Source of the DNA: Eledone cirrhosa
Lineage: Eukaryota
Direction of reading: 5' to 3'
Assembly (NCBI GenBank): GCA_964016885.1
Contig: OZ024740.1
Coordinates: 153,884,001-153,948,000, forward strand
DNA length: 64,000 bases
Part shown: positions 15,797 to 30,742 of the stretch, piece after piece
How positions within the stretch are numbered: the stretch's first letter is position 1
Layout of the letters: every line of letters starts with the position of its first letter
Program-made: the position numbers and the translations under genes
The notes under the pieces: model-generated
Told to the model about the DNA's origin: nothing
What the model saw: only the letters and a program-made list of their open reading frames with translations
The model's database searches: none

Positions 15797-16232
15797 TTAG
15801 CAGTATCGGTAGAGGGTCGGACGCCATGCTTTGACGCATAGAGTTACGGCCCTTGCCATTCTGAGTTCAAATCCCGCCGAGGTTAGCTTTGCCTTTCATC
15901 CTTACGGGGTCGATAAAATAAGTACCAGTAATGCACTGAAATAATTGCTGGCCTTGTGCTAAAAGTAGAAACAATTATTATCGACTCCATAAGGGCGGTG
16001 GATTGGCAGTATCGGTAGAGTGTCGGAAAACATGCTTAGCGACATAGAGTTATGGCCATTTACGTTCTAAGTCCAAATCCCGCTGAGATTAGCTTTACCT
16101 TTCATCTTTACGGGGTCGATAATATAAAGCACCAGTAATGCACTGGGGTTGATTTAATCGGGTTGATTTAATCGGGTTGATTTCTCCTCCTTCAAATTGC
16201 TGGCCTTGTGCCTATAATAGAAATTATTATTA
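15797..16232 (+). mobile_element. two tandem tRNA-derived SINE copies
   Basis: tggcagtatcggtaga (box A), gagttcaaatcccgccgagg (box B), shared core and tail. A further minus-strand fragment lies at about 15627-15701. Confidence 0.88.
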
Positions 16233-16989
16233 TCGATTCCATAAAATCAGAAACCATTATTATTGACTCCATAGCCTTTACACCATGTAGACGCGGTGAA
16301 ATAAGTTGCAAAGTTAATATACTGGTGACAATACATTCGACTAAAACTTTTAACGGATGCACCCCAACCTGACCATCAGAAAATAAACATTTCTATCTAA
16401 AGATATAAATAAAAGAGATATAAATAAAATACTCTATCCTTCGCTGTTTCAAACTTTTCCAGACATAAGCTTTAGTTGAGATCATTTAAGACTTAATAGC
16501 ACTATGTCTAAAATTCAAACGGAAATACATCACAGAAAAATAGATTTCAATAACATTTGAGAAGTTTATTTAGAATCTAACAAAGAACTACATCAACAGA
16601 CATCGTAAACGACCAGTTATAAATGATGATGAAATATTCGGCACAGAAAAGCTGCAAACATTTGTAAGAAAACAAATCAAAATAAGGAGAAATTTACTCA
16701 TAGCATACCGTAACATCAAAGATCTTAGAAAAGAGATATGATGTGTATAATTGTATATTTAGCTATATAACATAAACCAAGTTTCTGTATAAGCACATAA
16801 AACAGAAGACTAAATAAACAACCATACAGATTATTCGCATATCCAAAAACATAAAAATTATTGCGACTATGCGTGTGTGTGTGGGATTTTGTACATATAT
16901 GTATACTTATTTATATGTATATATCTATATACATATATATGGGTATGCGTGTGTGTCGTAGTGGGTGGATGTGTAAATGTGTATACATC

Positions 16990-17104
<115 letters not shown>

Positions 17105-17132
17105 AGGCATGCACACACATACCGTCTCATTC

Positions 17133-17180
17133 TATTTTCTGATGAAAGACTTAGCGTCCGAAAAACACACCCTCAAAATA
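17133..17180 (+). ncRNA. degenerate hammerhead-like motif
   Basis: TATTTT CTGATGA AAGAC TTAGC GTCC GAAA AACACACCC TC AAAATA. Helix I and the core are intact, but helix III is unpaired. Confidence 0.4.
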
Positions 17181-18523
17181 CCTTAAAAAAAAAACCTATA
17201 AAAAGAACGTTTTAAAAAGAATGCTTGAACTAGCCTTTCAAAAAAGTTATTTCAAAGGTATTTTTGATAAATATACACATATCTACATACACACACTGTA
17301 CTCAGGAAAGCATATATAGATATATAGTTAAGACGCTGCACCTATATACAGATGGAAAAATGGAGGATCTACACATACATATGCATACACTTACACAGAC
17401 AAATACATACACACAGAGATGCATGTATACATATATGCATGCACACACATACATACCCGCGCATGGGCATGCTTATACATCTATAAAAAAGCACATACTT
17501 GATGAATACCTACACATCCACACACACACATGAAACTGTGTACATGGCGCATAAAATATTATATGAGAGAACATTCTTGAGGCTTGGACCCGACCCATTT
17601 ATGTGGCGATATAAGCCTGAAAGTGCAAGCACAATATGCATAAATGCAATAGCTACGTAGTAGCCATGCACTAGTCAAAGATAACATGTGGGGGGGGGGG
17701 GGCACATATATGAATGCGTGTACGCACATGAAATAAAATAAAATACTGGAAAAAGGAATGTATACATGACAAAGATGCAGAGGAGTGTCTGTTCATGACA
17801 TTATTGGGATGTGCATAAAGTTGCATATTATACTCGAGGACTGTGATACATAGGGTTATATAAGATACAGAAGGACTGACGATCCAAGAGTCTGGGTAAG
17901 TGCCTGCACATCAACCATGCACATTAGACAGGTTTCATGACTGGTGGACACAGGGGACCGTGTGTGCATACACAAACAAGTTATATACATTGTAAATGTG
18001 TAGTATATCCTTTTCATAATAGTATATATGAAATGTACATAGAATGGATGTATAAATGGAATATATCGGGAATGTGTAGAATATGTCTTTCATAACAGTA
18101 TATATGAAATGTACATGGAATGGATGTATACATGGAATATAGCAGCAGCTTGTGTTGTAGGCATGTATATAGCAACGGCAGGCAAAGTTAGAATTAACTG
18201 CACATTAACCTTAAGACCAGCATCAAGTCCAACATCAAATTTGCAAATTAAACATCACGAATCGAAAATAAAAAATAAAAAATTCAAATTCAAAACCACA
18301 CATAAGGTTGTAGACAAAATCAGACTTATATCTAGTCGGCGTCTCCGAGTTGGTGGGATGGTGTTATCAAAGGTACGTTACGAGGTAGGTATCGTTGGAT
18401 CTGTCGTTAATATCAGATTGTTCCGTCTTGCATTCATAGGTATGCTGTGGCATATCGTGGTGCGTTGCATGCGCCCCACCTGGCATTGTCATACCGGTAG
18501 TGTCTTAAAGCGGAGAGCGTGCA

Positions 18524-19420
18524 TTAACGTTGGTGTCTGCAGGCCATGATGATTTCAGATTTGAGATTGACTGCGTCGCCCTTTAGTTTTACTATCTCCA
18601 TAGCCTCGGACAGGCATAACCTGCACTTCATCTCGCTAGCCGAGTACGCATTCGCGCGCTGGACAATACTCCAGCTGAGGTCAAACTCTGTGCCACTGTC
18701 TTTGAGTCCCCATATTAGGTCCGTCAGTCTGGTGGAGTGTCTCTTGTTCCTGTCTTTGAACGAGTTCTTGTGGTTGTACATCCTCGATTGAAAAGTTGTG
18801 GAGTTTGCCCCGATGTAGATGTGCCTATCATTGTGCGTTGTAACCACACATCTGTAGACAACGCCCTTTGTCAGGCACATTCCCTGCAGAGGGCATTCCT
18901 CTCCTACACGGCAGTTACATGTCCGTGCATCATTTTTGTCATACCCTTTATGTGGGCCTGACGTCTTATTTGGGTTCTCTCCGGTCCCCATGTGGTGTTC
19001 CGGCAGAGTGGTGGACTCAGTGTTCACCACCTGCTGGTCTCTGTTGTCAGGTGTTGCGTCCTCCACAGTCACAGCTCCGCCCCGAGGCACATCTCCAGAA
19101 CCACTAGCCACTTCCCTATGCGCTCCACTCAGCCCCCCCCCCCCCAACTGCCCCCAACTGTACATTCGATATTTACTGTGATTATCGCCTATAATACAGT
19201 TGCGGGTGTAAATGTGACCGCTGTGGGTGTATAAATGCGCAGTTGTATCACGCCTGCGCAAGACATGGACATGGGTGCGGGGGCCTACAGGTTGAGAAGG
19301 CTGCGACAGGGCGCGAGCGGTTCAATCATACAACCCCTTACCTCCTACAATAGTAATTCCGATTTAAGAAACCACTTTGATTGACAGGTGGCAAATGAAA
19401 GGAACTAAATATACGACGGC
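18524..19420 (-). mobile_element. Penelope-like element (Naiad-type), 5'-truncated: linker plus GIY-YIG endonuclease
   Basis: CNCRVGEECPLQGMCLTKGVVYRC...HIYIG...FQSRMYNHKNSF...WSIVQRA...CRLCLSE...NLKSEIIMACRH. Confidence 0.9.
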
Positions 19421-19427
19421 CATAATT

Positions 19428-19882
19428 ATTATTTTACGATCGTTTCTGGGGGGGGGGGGTAGTTCCCCGTAAGTCCATTCAATTATTGATCTATGTAAAA
19501 TATTACAAAATATCATAGTAAGAAAAAATACATACGTCTTCACTACCCGCCGTCTTCATTATTTCTGAAGACGGCGGGTAGTGAAGACGTATGTATTTTT
19601 TCTTACTATGATATTTTGTAATATTTTACATAGATCAATAATTGAATGGACTTACGGGGAACTACTCCCCCAAAACAATCGTAAAATAATGAGTTTTACT
19701 ATGAATTAACTGTTTTATGTTTAATTTCATTGTTTTAATATTTCTATTTTTGACTCTGTATCCAATGAATTATATCGTTGAAAATTTTGTATTTTAAACT
19801 TTGCTTCGCGACATCTTCTACATACGGATTACATTGAGTTCTTCATACGGTTTAGACCCTACCATTGATTGGTAGATTTATC
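19428..19882. mobile_element. family B hammerhead-bearing element with near-perfect inverted arms of about 125 bp
   Basis: 19431-19557 is the reverse complement of 19566-19690. The + arm reads CATTATTT CTGAAGA...AAAACAATCGTA AAATAATG, and the - arm retains GAAACGATCGTA. Confidence 0.82.
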
Positions 19883-19934
<52 letters not shown>

Positions 19935-19937
<3 letters not shown>

Positions 19938-20105
19938 CGGGATGGATTATGGATTCAGTTTGAAACTGGTTAGACCAGTACTCAACAGAGTACTCGATTC
20001 TTGGGGGTAGTAGAGTATGGTTATATTATAAAAATCGGGACCCGACGGCTGAGCTTTCCCGTTTCAACAGCCAGTTCCGATATATTTTGCCTCCAAAGAT
20101 CATCA
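19935..20105 (-). repeat. family A copy (diverged, no fold-back)
   Basis: agagtactcgattcttgggggtagtagagt...cccgacggctgagct...gtttcaacagc matches 4880-4975. Confidence 0.7.
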
Positions 20106-20799
20106 TATATATATTAATGGTTTTTTGCCATTTCTTTATTAATGCATTACATTTAACGTAGGACAACCTCGTTCCTAAATCCTTCAAGAGTTTTTCGGCT
20201 CCATTCTCAGAATAAAATGATGATAGTAATGATATGTCTTTAACACGTTTTTGCTAAAGGTTGGAGATCATTTGATTATGGCAATATTGGTAAAATGTCG
20301 TGTTTAAAAAAAAAAAAAAATATTCAAGTCAAATTCTAGATAGATTTAATTCTCAATTCTATGTGTCAGTATGTTGAGTTTTGGTTTGTATTCACTGAAT
20401 CCACCACATACATCCTTTGCAATTTTTGTGGGATTTTATATAGAATTGTAGATTTGTCAAATAATATATTTTCTACCTAATTTTGTTTGCGTGTACAGGA
20501 TTGCAATGTGGGCGAAGACTCCGCCTTCCAAATACATGGTCACGCACACATACACCCCCATACGCCACCCCCATATATATATATGGAATTATATAGGTAT
20601 TTATATATTTACCCACAGCAAAATTCTCCAAATGTAAAGCTAAGTGAAATATAAGATTCTTTTTAATTTACTGAAAAAGAAAATGTCCATAGCGTTACCG
20701 TGAGATAAGCAATCTCAATTTTAAGAAGGAAAGAGAAAAAAATGTTCACATAATTATGCGTTAGAGTGCATGAAACTGCCAATCTATATGACTATCAAT

Positions 20800-21829
<1,030 letters not shown>

Positions 21830-22890
21830 CATACATATACATTTACGTATATATGTACATGCTTATTACATACACATAAATATATGACGCTACATAATGA
21901 TATCCTTTCGTAAAACCACCCAATTCGTGTTCTTGTTAGTGCTCACCAAGCTAAGAAATAGAGTATTATTTTATACGTACACGCTTAGAGAAACATGTGT
22001 GTGTTGGACTTCCATCGATTCCGACGATGAGTGTTATAGTTGTTGGAACAGCAGAAGCGTCGGCTCATGAAATTAATGTCTAAAAGGTGAGCATTCCACT
22101 GACACGTGATATATCCATCACATAGATCTCAATATAACTCTTGGAATGTTTATATTCACCGAACAAATATCTAAACTCAAAGACTGACTATTTTAGACAT
22201 TGTTTGCATCAGAGATACCAACTGGAAGCCCACACCACAAGATGCTCCCTCACTAGACCTGCTAAATCCTCCAAGAACCTATTCCTCTTTGTCACCTATC
22301 CACGCACAAAAGGTTAAACAAATTCATTCACATACACATGTACACAACATAATAGATTATGGAAAGAAGTTTTAGCCTTACAAAATTACATTAAACGCTA
22401 ATACACAATACAATAAAAAAAATGTATAGAAGTGATTTAAATGTTTAAAAGGTAACTTGCACGCTAGCTTACACACAAATATTTATCAGTTTATCCTATC
22501 AGAAGTTACTCGCCTTGACCCCTCAAGGTTAAAAAATCTACCCACTCCGTTTGTAGGAACTCTTTTAAAGTGTTTAATTTTTTTTAACATTAGCTTATAA
22601 ATGTAGTCACGTACATATTACACATACGCACGTTTCAAAGTTTTCTAGCACCAAGAAACTCGTGGTCTCGAAAAGGTGATGTCCACTCAATTAAAACCAA
22701 ATTTAGTGGGCAAACGGTTTACTTCATAATTTTGTCCTAGCACCCGATAAGAGGCTAACATTGAAATGGCTCCTCCGCTATATAGTGGTCGCCATAACTG
22801 GACCCGAAACCTAAGGTCGCACATACATGTTAAGTGTATGAAATTTGAATTACTATATAAATATATAGTACGTAACGTTATGTATATATA

Positions 22891-23080
22891 GGGCGGTGGA
22901 TTGGCAGTATCGGTAGAGGGTCGGACGCCATGCTTTCCAGCATAGTTACGTCCCTTTACGATCTGAGTTCAAATCCCGCCGAGGTTGACTTTGCCTTTCA
23001 TCCTTACGTGGTCGATAAAATAAAGTACCAGTAATGCACTGGGTAATTGCTGGCCTTGTGCCTAAAGTAGAAACAATTAT
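22891..23080 (+). mobile_element. full-length tRNA-derived SINE (short-tail subfamily)
   Basis: gggcggtggattggcagtatcggtaga ... gagttcaaatcccgccgagg ... gtgcctaaagtagaaacaattat. A partial copy lies at 23323-23420. Confidence 0.9.
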
Positions 23081-23488
23081 GTATATATATATATATGAAA
23101 AGTGTATATATATATATATATACACTTTTCATACAAACTACTTAGAAGCGACTACTGTTCACTCTTTTTCGTATATAAAGATATTTTACCCGATTTACTA
23201 AGCTATTATCTATAGCAATCGACTGTTTCTACAGTTGTTTTCTATGTTTGGGATTCCTACATTTTCTAAAGAATATATATATATTATATTATATTATATT
23301 ATATTATATTAGGTTTACTAATAGGTTGACTTTGCCTTTCATCCTTACGGGGTCGATAACATAAAGTACCAGTAATACACTGAGTATTTGCTGGCCTTGT
23401 GCCTAAAGTAGAAACAATTATATTATATTATATATATATATATACACACACACGCACACGCACACACACACACACGCACACGCACACG

Positions 23489-23530
<42 letters not shown>

Positions 23531-23909
23531 CATATAGAAGTTATTATAAATATAAAGAAGTTATTAATTTTGTTATCAGAGAACCTTTTAATTTTTTTCG
23601 TTTTATTTTTTAGTTTTATCTTCCACTCCTTTCTTCTTCCTTTCTTTCAAGGTCTAGTAACAAAGAAACACCCTTTTGGGAAATTATCTAAGATTTCTAG
23701 ACACTGGTTAGAATTGGATTTCGGATGGATTTCATTTCTAATAAATTTGGAAATCCGCCACCAGGAAAAATAGTATTGAGAAAAAAATGATAATCTAAAA
23801 AAATAATAAATAATAAAATTAATAAACGAAATACTGTTTCTTGTGACATGTGGACAGCCGCTAATCTCTCTTTCTCTCGCTCTCGTTCTCCCTCTCTCTC
23901 TCTTATTTA

Positions 23910-24174
23910 TTATATATGCATATATATATATATATATTATATATATATACACATATATATATATATGTATATATATACACACATATATATATATACACAT
24001 ATACATATATATATATACATATATATATGTACATATATATGTACATATATATATATATATATATGTACATTTATATATGTGTGTGTGTATATGTATATAT
24101 ATGTATATATATATGTACATACATATATATGTGTATATATGTATGTACATATATATACATATATATACATATAT

Positions 24175-24246
<72 letters not shown>

Positions 24247-24427
24247 GTACATATGTATATATATATATATAATATATATATATATAAATATATATATATA
24301 TATGTATATTATTGGCAACATGACCCTCCCAAAGTATAACAATATATATATACAAATATGGCCAAAACATTTCAAAGTTATACACATATATATAAATACA
24401 AATTTGCTGATTGTGGCAATGTATATA

Positions 24428-24469
<42 letters not shown>

Positions 24470-24480
24470 CACGTATATAT
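23910..24480. repeat. degenerate (TA)n/(CA)n low-complexity tract
   Basis: Read directly from the sequence. Confidence 0.9.
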
Positions 24481-25031
24481 ATTGCCACGATCAGCAAATT
24501 TGTAGATCAGTATTACCATCAACACTATTACCACCACCGTTGTTACCGCCACCATTACTACTTCCCCTTCTTTCAGACAGAAATGTTCGTCAACAAGAGA
24601 GAGAAATAAAACTAAAAACTATTTTCCCTCCATAATCTTTTTATCTCTCTCGTTAACACACACAAACATTCAAAAACACACACACGCACGCACGCACATG
24701 CTCACGCACACACATGCTCACGCACCCACCCACCAACACACCCACATACACCCACACAAATAAACAAATATACATACAGACATACACTCATAGACACATA
24801 TGCCATATGCCTCTCACTCTCTTTCTCTCTGGCATTCGCTCTCACTTTCTCACTTTCTCTCTTTCTCTGTTTCTCTTTCATCCTCCCCCCTCTCTCTGTC
24901 TCTCTCTCTCTCTCAATTTATTTATCTATAAATGAAAACTACTTTTTTCTGTTTGTCTTTCCATTATCCATTCTTAGTTCTCTTTCTCCATCTTTTCATC
25001 CTCCTCTTTCTGTCTCTCCCTCTCTCTCTCG

Positions 25032-25101
<70 letters not shown>

Positions 25102-25198
25102 CGAGAGAGAGGGAGAGACATATATATATGTATATTTGTCTATCTGTCTATCTATCTATTTATATATATATATTTATTTATCTATCTATCTTTCTCTC

Positions 25199-25317
<119 letters not shown>

Positions 25318-25619
25318 TTATTTATTTATCTATGTATCTATATCTTTAAATATATCTAGCTATCTATATATTATATTTCCATCACTCACTGACTATTTAT
25401 TATGTCCCTCTCACTTTAAATATTTCGCAACCTATTCCACACAGTCGCTCCACTCTTCATTTTCGTGTATAAAAAGGTTGCAATTTTCGCAACAGTGAGC
25501 AAGATAAGAGATGTGGTGAAAAATTAACGCTTTAGTAGTTTATTAAGGCCTGACATTGATGAAAAGAATACATAGATATAACTCTAGACAGACAGATGAA
25601 TGTATAAAGATAGTGATAT

Positions 25620-25679
<60 letters not shown>

Positions 25680-25734
25680 CATGTGTGTGAATGTGGGTAA
25701 TACGTATATATATATATATATCATATATATATAT

Positions 25735-25852
25735 ATTAGAGAGTCGAGGCCCGATGGCTGAGATTTTGTTGGTTCGACAGAAAATTCCAGACTCTGGAAT
25801 TTGCTGTCGCAACGGCAAGAGCTCGTTCGTCGGGCACCAACTTTCTAATATA
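25735..25852. repeat. family A fold-back copy (diverged)
   Basis: cccgatggctgag...cgacagaaaattccaga pairs with tctggaatttgctgtcg...gtcggg, between TA tracts. Confidence 0.7.
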
Positions 25853-26289
25853 TTTACACTCTACTATTCCAAGTGTCTTCTTTTATTCATGGTATATAGA
25901 CGATGGTAGTAGAATCTGTTATTGAATAAAATGACCTTGCGTATTTCAAACGGGTCAAATATACCTTGTATCCACCTGAATCCGATAAATTATATGTCAG
26001 ATAAAGCCCTGGGATTATTATAATCTACTAAAAACCATCAAGGGAGTGCTCTATCATGGCCGCTATCTAATGACTGAAACCAATAAAAGAATAGAAGAAT
26101 GCAATATTCTAATCTGTTATTTTGTCTTACAAAACTACAGTTATACCATCTTATATCCTAAACGTTTCCTATATCATATATAAAACTGTCAATCAGATAA
26201 TATACACATACGCCTTTGTTTATATCAAATCATAGATAAATATTATCTTGTATTAAAGTGTTGTTCCTTACACCCTATAATATCAAATT

Positions 26290-26571
26290 ATAACATAACA
26301 TATTGTCCTATAATTACCTTGACCGACCAGTTTTTCGGGCGCCGATCGGCGCCGCTGGTTACAGAACGTTGTGCTGTTTTGGCCATAAGATAACGCCATC
26401 CCACTGGCTGGGCGGGCAGGCCAGTACTCATTTCTACAGCTGAGTAAACTGGAGCAACGTGAAATAAAGTGTCTTGCTCAAGGAAACAACACATCACCCG
26501 GTCCGAGAATTGAACTCACAACATTTCAATTGCAAGCCCAATGCTCTAACCACTAAGCCATGTGCCTTCAC
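26290..26571 (-). mobile_element. second tRNA-derived SINE family (CORE/V-like central region)
   Basis: Minus strand: gaaggcacatggcttagtggttaga...gagttcaattc...cttgagcaagacactttatttcacgttgctccagt. Copies at about 9170, 32196 and 59960-60185. Confidence 0.8.
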
Positions 26572-27918
26572 TTGTCCTATCATATTATATATAAACTATT
26601 GTTGTATGATATACATAGAATGGGTACTTATGTTGATTTGTTTTAAAGATATTGTGTATGATTCTACCACAGTGAATTATGCAAATGTTTTAAGTTCCCG
26701 GTAGATAGAATAGTGAATACGTTATCGCGAAATGTTCTGAAAAAGCCTTTTCAGCTCGGACACCTAATTGTTATTAATGGTCAAATCTATTCTGGTCACA
26801 CAGGGTAGGGAAATTGTTCTGCATTCCTGGACGTCGGATGTTTCTACTCCTATAGTCTCCAAGGGAAATCTATTGGTGAGCAGCCGGTATTTTATCAGCT
26901 TACAACCATCATCGTGTCGGACAAATCGTGATGCCGTCAGGTTTTCAGCATCCCATCGATCTAACTCCGCCTACAGTGGAAACCGGCGTTTTTTTAAATA
27001 TATATATATATTTTTTTTGCTGGCCCCTCTATCTAACTCTGCTGACTCTAGTTACAGTGGAAAACGTGCAGTATCTAAGCCACGTTTGATGATATCAATG
27101 AGAGCAACGTTTCAAGGGTAGCAGCCGGTTCTGAAGCAACATGACAACTGGTGGAGTCCGAAAGGTTTACTGTGAACTGAAAACGACATTTGGGTTGTTC
27201 ACAGAACCGAAGTCCAAATCTGTTTCACATCATATATAAAATGTCATACTTCGTATATCATATGTAAAAATGTTGTTCATTCATATCATAACAAATCAGT
27301 TAAGAGGATGTAATGGTGTAGGCATAAACTTGAAATGAAGTAGGAATGACAAGTAGGCCCACCAACATACAGCTCTTCAGTTTGGATTTCCATTCACAAA
27401 CCCCACTCTTTATTTCTAGTGACTAACTTTATCATGTATGAAAAAACAATGACCATAAGTGTCATTAAAATATTATCACAGATGTAAGCGTATGCCAATA
27501 AATGTTTTTTTTTTTAAGAATTGGAAGTGGAAGCTAAACGTTCAATATCATACTGAAAATATCTCTGTCAATTTGTGGAAGTGACTTCTCTTTGAATATT
27601 AATAAACGTCTAGAAGTTGGCACCGGACTACTTACAATTGTACAGGTTGTGGCTGGTTTTTAACTGAGAGGAAATGGTGTGAGCCATGTACCATATTAGA
27701 TTATGAGTACATGTGTCGGTGTATATATGTTGTGTGTATGTGTGTTAAGTATAAGATCAATCTATATGTATATGCGGTAGAATTTACAAGCGAGAGGATG
27801 AGGGATTCAATACATATGATACAGCACTTATTCGATTAATTATATATATATACGGTGCCCCAGCATGGCCTCAGCCGGATGGCTGAAACAGGTAAAAGAG
27901 TAAAAGAGTATATATAAA

Positions 27919-28040
27919 TGGCTTCTACAGGAATAGAACTGTTTCATTCTGGAGAAATCATATTAAATATGTATACTCTGTTATGTATTGACTACCTTAC
28001 TTACTGTGGTTACCCCGATTGAACCCGGGATAAACGTATG
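27919..28040. repeat. rearranged copy of the 13473 hammerhead element
   Basis: Inverted 3' half of the ribozyme (GAAACAG...CTGTAGAAGCC on the minus strand) joined to a + copy of the 13547-13610 tail. Confidence 0.7.
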
Positions 28041-28089
28041 TATATATATATATATATATGTATATATATTAGAAAGTGAGGTTTTTTTA

Positions 28090-28343
28090 CAAAATGAAAA
28101 ATAACCGAGGTGTCCTACACGAGTGAAAGTATAAAGAAAAAAAGATGAAATCGAAAATACAACTGGAGTCTTATTTAAAAAAATATATATATTTATTTGG
28201 TTCCTTTACAGATGTGAGAAAAACCACAGACCCTCCATCTGAACTCTACTTTTGAAAAGCAGAAGAACTGCGAAACCGGTAAAGGAACCAAATAAATATA
28301 TATATATTTTTTAAAATAAGACTCATTGCATTTTCGATTTCAT

Positions 28344-28348
<5 letters not shown>
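28090..28348. mobile_element. family D hammerhead-bearing fold-back element between (TA)n tracts
   Basis: 28141-28209 is the reverse complement of 28279-28347. Copies at 31020-31218 and 31868-32052. Confidence 0.82.
28249..28284 (+). ncRNA. minimal hammerhead motif with U3-A8 core variant (family D)
   Basis: CTT TTGAAAA GCAG AAGAA CTGC GAAA CCGG TA AAG, with palindromic helix III ACCGGT. Confidence 0.7.
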
Positions 28349-28427
<79 letters not shown>

Positions 28428-28579
28428 ATAATTTGGGAGGGCCATGTTGCCAATAAGAAACACACGCACCAGTTGCTTTCACTTCAATTTATTATGAATT
28501 AAATTTATAAATTTAGGAATTTATAAATTTCCGGTTGGTTGGTTGGCTGGTTCCACAACCAGACGATTGTTCATATATT

Positions 28580-28622
28580 GTCAAAGTTCTTTCGTCACAT
28601 ATTCTGTGACCTCTTCAGTGAC
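28580..28622 (-). ncRNA. minimal hammerhead motif (family C)
   Basis: Minus strand reads GTCA CTGAAGA G GTCACA GAATA TGTGAC GAAA GAAC TT TGAC. Confidence 0.8.
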
Positions 28623-29049
28623 TGGGGATTCTTTTCTTTGTTTTTGTACCTCTCCTTTGTTCTGTCCTACGCCATCTTGTTTTTGTGTGCGTTGTGTGCT
28701 TAGTTTGCGCATGTGTTACATCCGGGTGTCTGTGTGTGTTTATATTTCTTTATTTATTTGTTTATTTACATGTTACTGGTTGGTTGTTTGTTCTATGTGT
28801 GTGTGTGTTTTCATTTTGGCCTTAATTGTAAGTTGTGATGTTGCTATTCTATTAATGCTTTCTATCTATTTTTGGTTGGAGTTCATTTATGTTTATTGCC
28901 TCTGTGATTTGTCTAAACATTGCGTCTTTTCTGTGTGTAGATTCTATTTTTAATTCTATGTTCTTTAATTTACCCTTATGTTCTATTTTAGCATGTTGGT
29001 AGAGTACAGATCATTCTTTACTATCTTGAAGCTCTCGGCATAAATGAAC

Positions 29050-29790
29050 ACTGGCGAGAGCTTCAAGATAGTAAAGAATCATCTGTACTCTACCACACTC
29101 CGAGAGTAGGGGGGGGGAGAGAACCATAAGACGTTACGGTGGGGATTACGTGTCCTTGTACGTTTGCTACGGGTGGTTCTATCTAGGTGACCGCTCTTAT
29201 GTATGTTAATGCGCTGTAGCTCGTTAGGTGCCCCTTTCACTTTATGCTCGCGTGCACTCTTCTTCCCTCTTCCATGTTTAAGTACAGGAAGATGTTGGTT
29301 GGAAGGCGTTCGTAGTAGGCCGTCGCCTTTGTTGGTTTTGTAGTAGGGGAATAGTTCGAGTAATCTACAGTGGTCACCGTCGCCGGGGTCGTGATCTTTA
29401 GTGTGATTATCTATTCTATTATATCCGACTTCAACGAGGTCGCCGCGTGAGCGGTTATAGGTATGGCTTACTATAACGTTCGTTTTATGAAGGGGGTGGT
29501 TTCTAGAGCTAGCGTTAGGGATGTAGAAAATTCCTCGGTTAAAGCCGGCACTTATCAAGGCCCTATTGTAGTAATCTGCCGCTTGGTTGAAGATATCCTC
29601 ATTGGCGGATAGCCTCGAGATTCTATGTGAGATACTATAGACTATGGAGTTGAGAGTCTGCTTAGGGTGGTTGGAGGCATAATTGATATAAGAGAGGCAC
29701 TCTCCAGGCTTATGGTATGGCTTGTATAAGCCCGTACTCAACTCCAGGGTCACGTCCAGGAAGTTGACAACCTTGTGGTTGAGGTCCATA
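29050..29790 (-). mobile_element. Penelope-like (Naiad-type) RT C-terminus/thumb and linker, inverted segment
   Basis: KVVNFLDVTLELSTGLYKPYHKP...YINYASNHP...RISRLSANEDIF...YYNRALISAGF...RNVLWFSPP. Confidence 0.88.
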
Positions 29791-30442
29791 GTTACGGATA
29801 GGCCGCACTGGAACATTGTCGGCAGGGCTGCACCGTACAACTTCAAGAGGAAGTGCGATCTTTGCCTCATGGAACTCTACCACATCATAACTGCACCCCA
29901 CGAGCTCATCAACAGCAGAGCTGAAACAGCGATAAGTTGTACACATCGCTTAAAAATATCCTTCTTCAGATGGGTTAAGGATGAGAAATAAAACCGTGCA
30001 CCGGATCTCCCTGCAACAAGTTTTAATACCACGGCGGGTAGGCGCTGCAAAATAACACCCAAGAAACTAACCGTGTATACCAGACCCAGCCTAAAACGAC
30101 CCAGACAAACAGGTGCGAAAAACAAACGTCTCAAAATAAGCGTTGGTTACATGACCCTGTGCGTATCGACAATGGTAAGGTTGTAACCTTATCTTGTAAC
30201 GGATAAAAATTTGTCAGGGAAAGACTGCTCTAACACCGGCCAGATTTACCTCCCTTGACAAGCTATTTTTGCGAGCAATAAACCTTGACGTGAATTTAAC
30301 CCCAAAAACTCTTTCCGAGCAATGTAAGGAACACTTTTGGTTATTTATGCCATTGAGAAGCCCAACTGCGCGAAACGTACGTAGGTGCTATTTTAAATAA
30401 ACATGTTTTAACGGTATATTCTCCGATTTCTTACTTTTCCAC

Positions 30443-30445
<3 letters not shown>
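29790..30445 (+). mobile_element. Penelope-like GIY-YIG C-terminus plus 3' UTR/pLTR
   Basis: HWNIVGRAAPYNFKRKCDLCLMELYHII...INSRAETAISCTHR with stop at 29991, then a hammerhead motif, AATAAA and (TA)n. Confidence 0.88.
30347..30388 (+). ncRNA. minimal hammerhead motif with U3-A8 core at a Penelope 3' end
   Basis: GCC A TTGAGAA GCCC AACT GCGC GAAA C GTAC G TA GGT. Helix III is palindromic (ACGTACGT) and helix I is imperfect. Confidence 0.6.
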
Positions 30446-30480
<35 letters not shown>

Positions 30481-30483
<3 letters not shown>

Positions 30484-30668
30484 AAATGAATTGTGGTAAG
30501 GAACCAGATGGACCATAACGCACCAGAGTACTCAATACTTAGGGTAGTAGACTGGGAAATAGGAAAAGGTATGACCCCGACGGCAGAGCTCAAGCCGTTT
30601 ACACGGGTATTTCTGGACTAAATAGCCGTGTAAACGGCTTGAGCTCTGCCGTCGGGGTCATACTTTGT

Positions 30669-30672
<4 letters not shown>
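30481..30672. repeat. family A fold-back copy
   Basis: tgtggtaaggaaccagatggaccataacgcacca matches 4846. Inverted arms tgaccccgacggcagagctcaagccgtttacacgg and its reverse complement. Confidence 0.88.
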
Positions 30673-30711
<39 letters not shown>

Positions 30712-30742
30712 AGAATCAGTGTTGCGACGAATGGAATTTATT

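Noticed and set aside
22891-22985. tRNA genes at SINE heads
   Set aside because: Box A and B are present, but there is no cloverleaf and they continue into SINE bodies.
26700-27250. Higher-GC unique segment as a possible host exon
   Set aside because: Reading frames are interrupted, and no recognisable motif or convincing splice pair was found.
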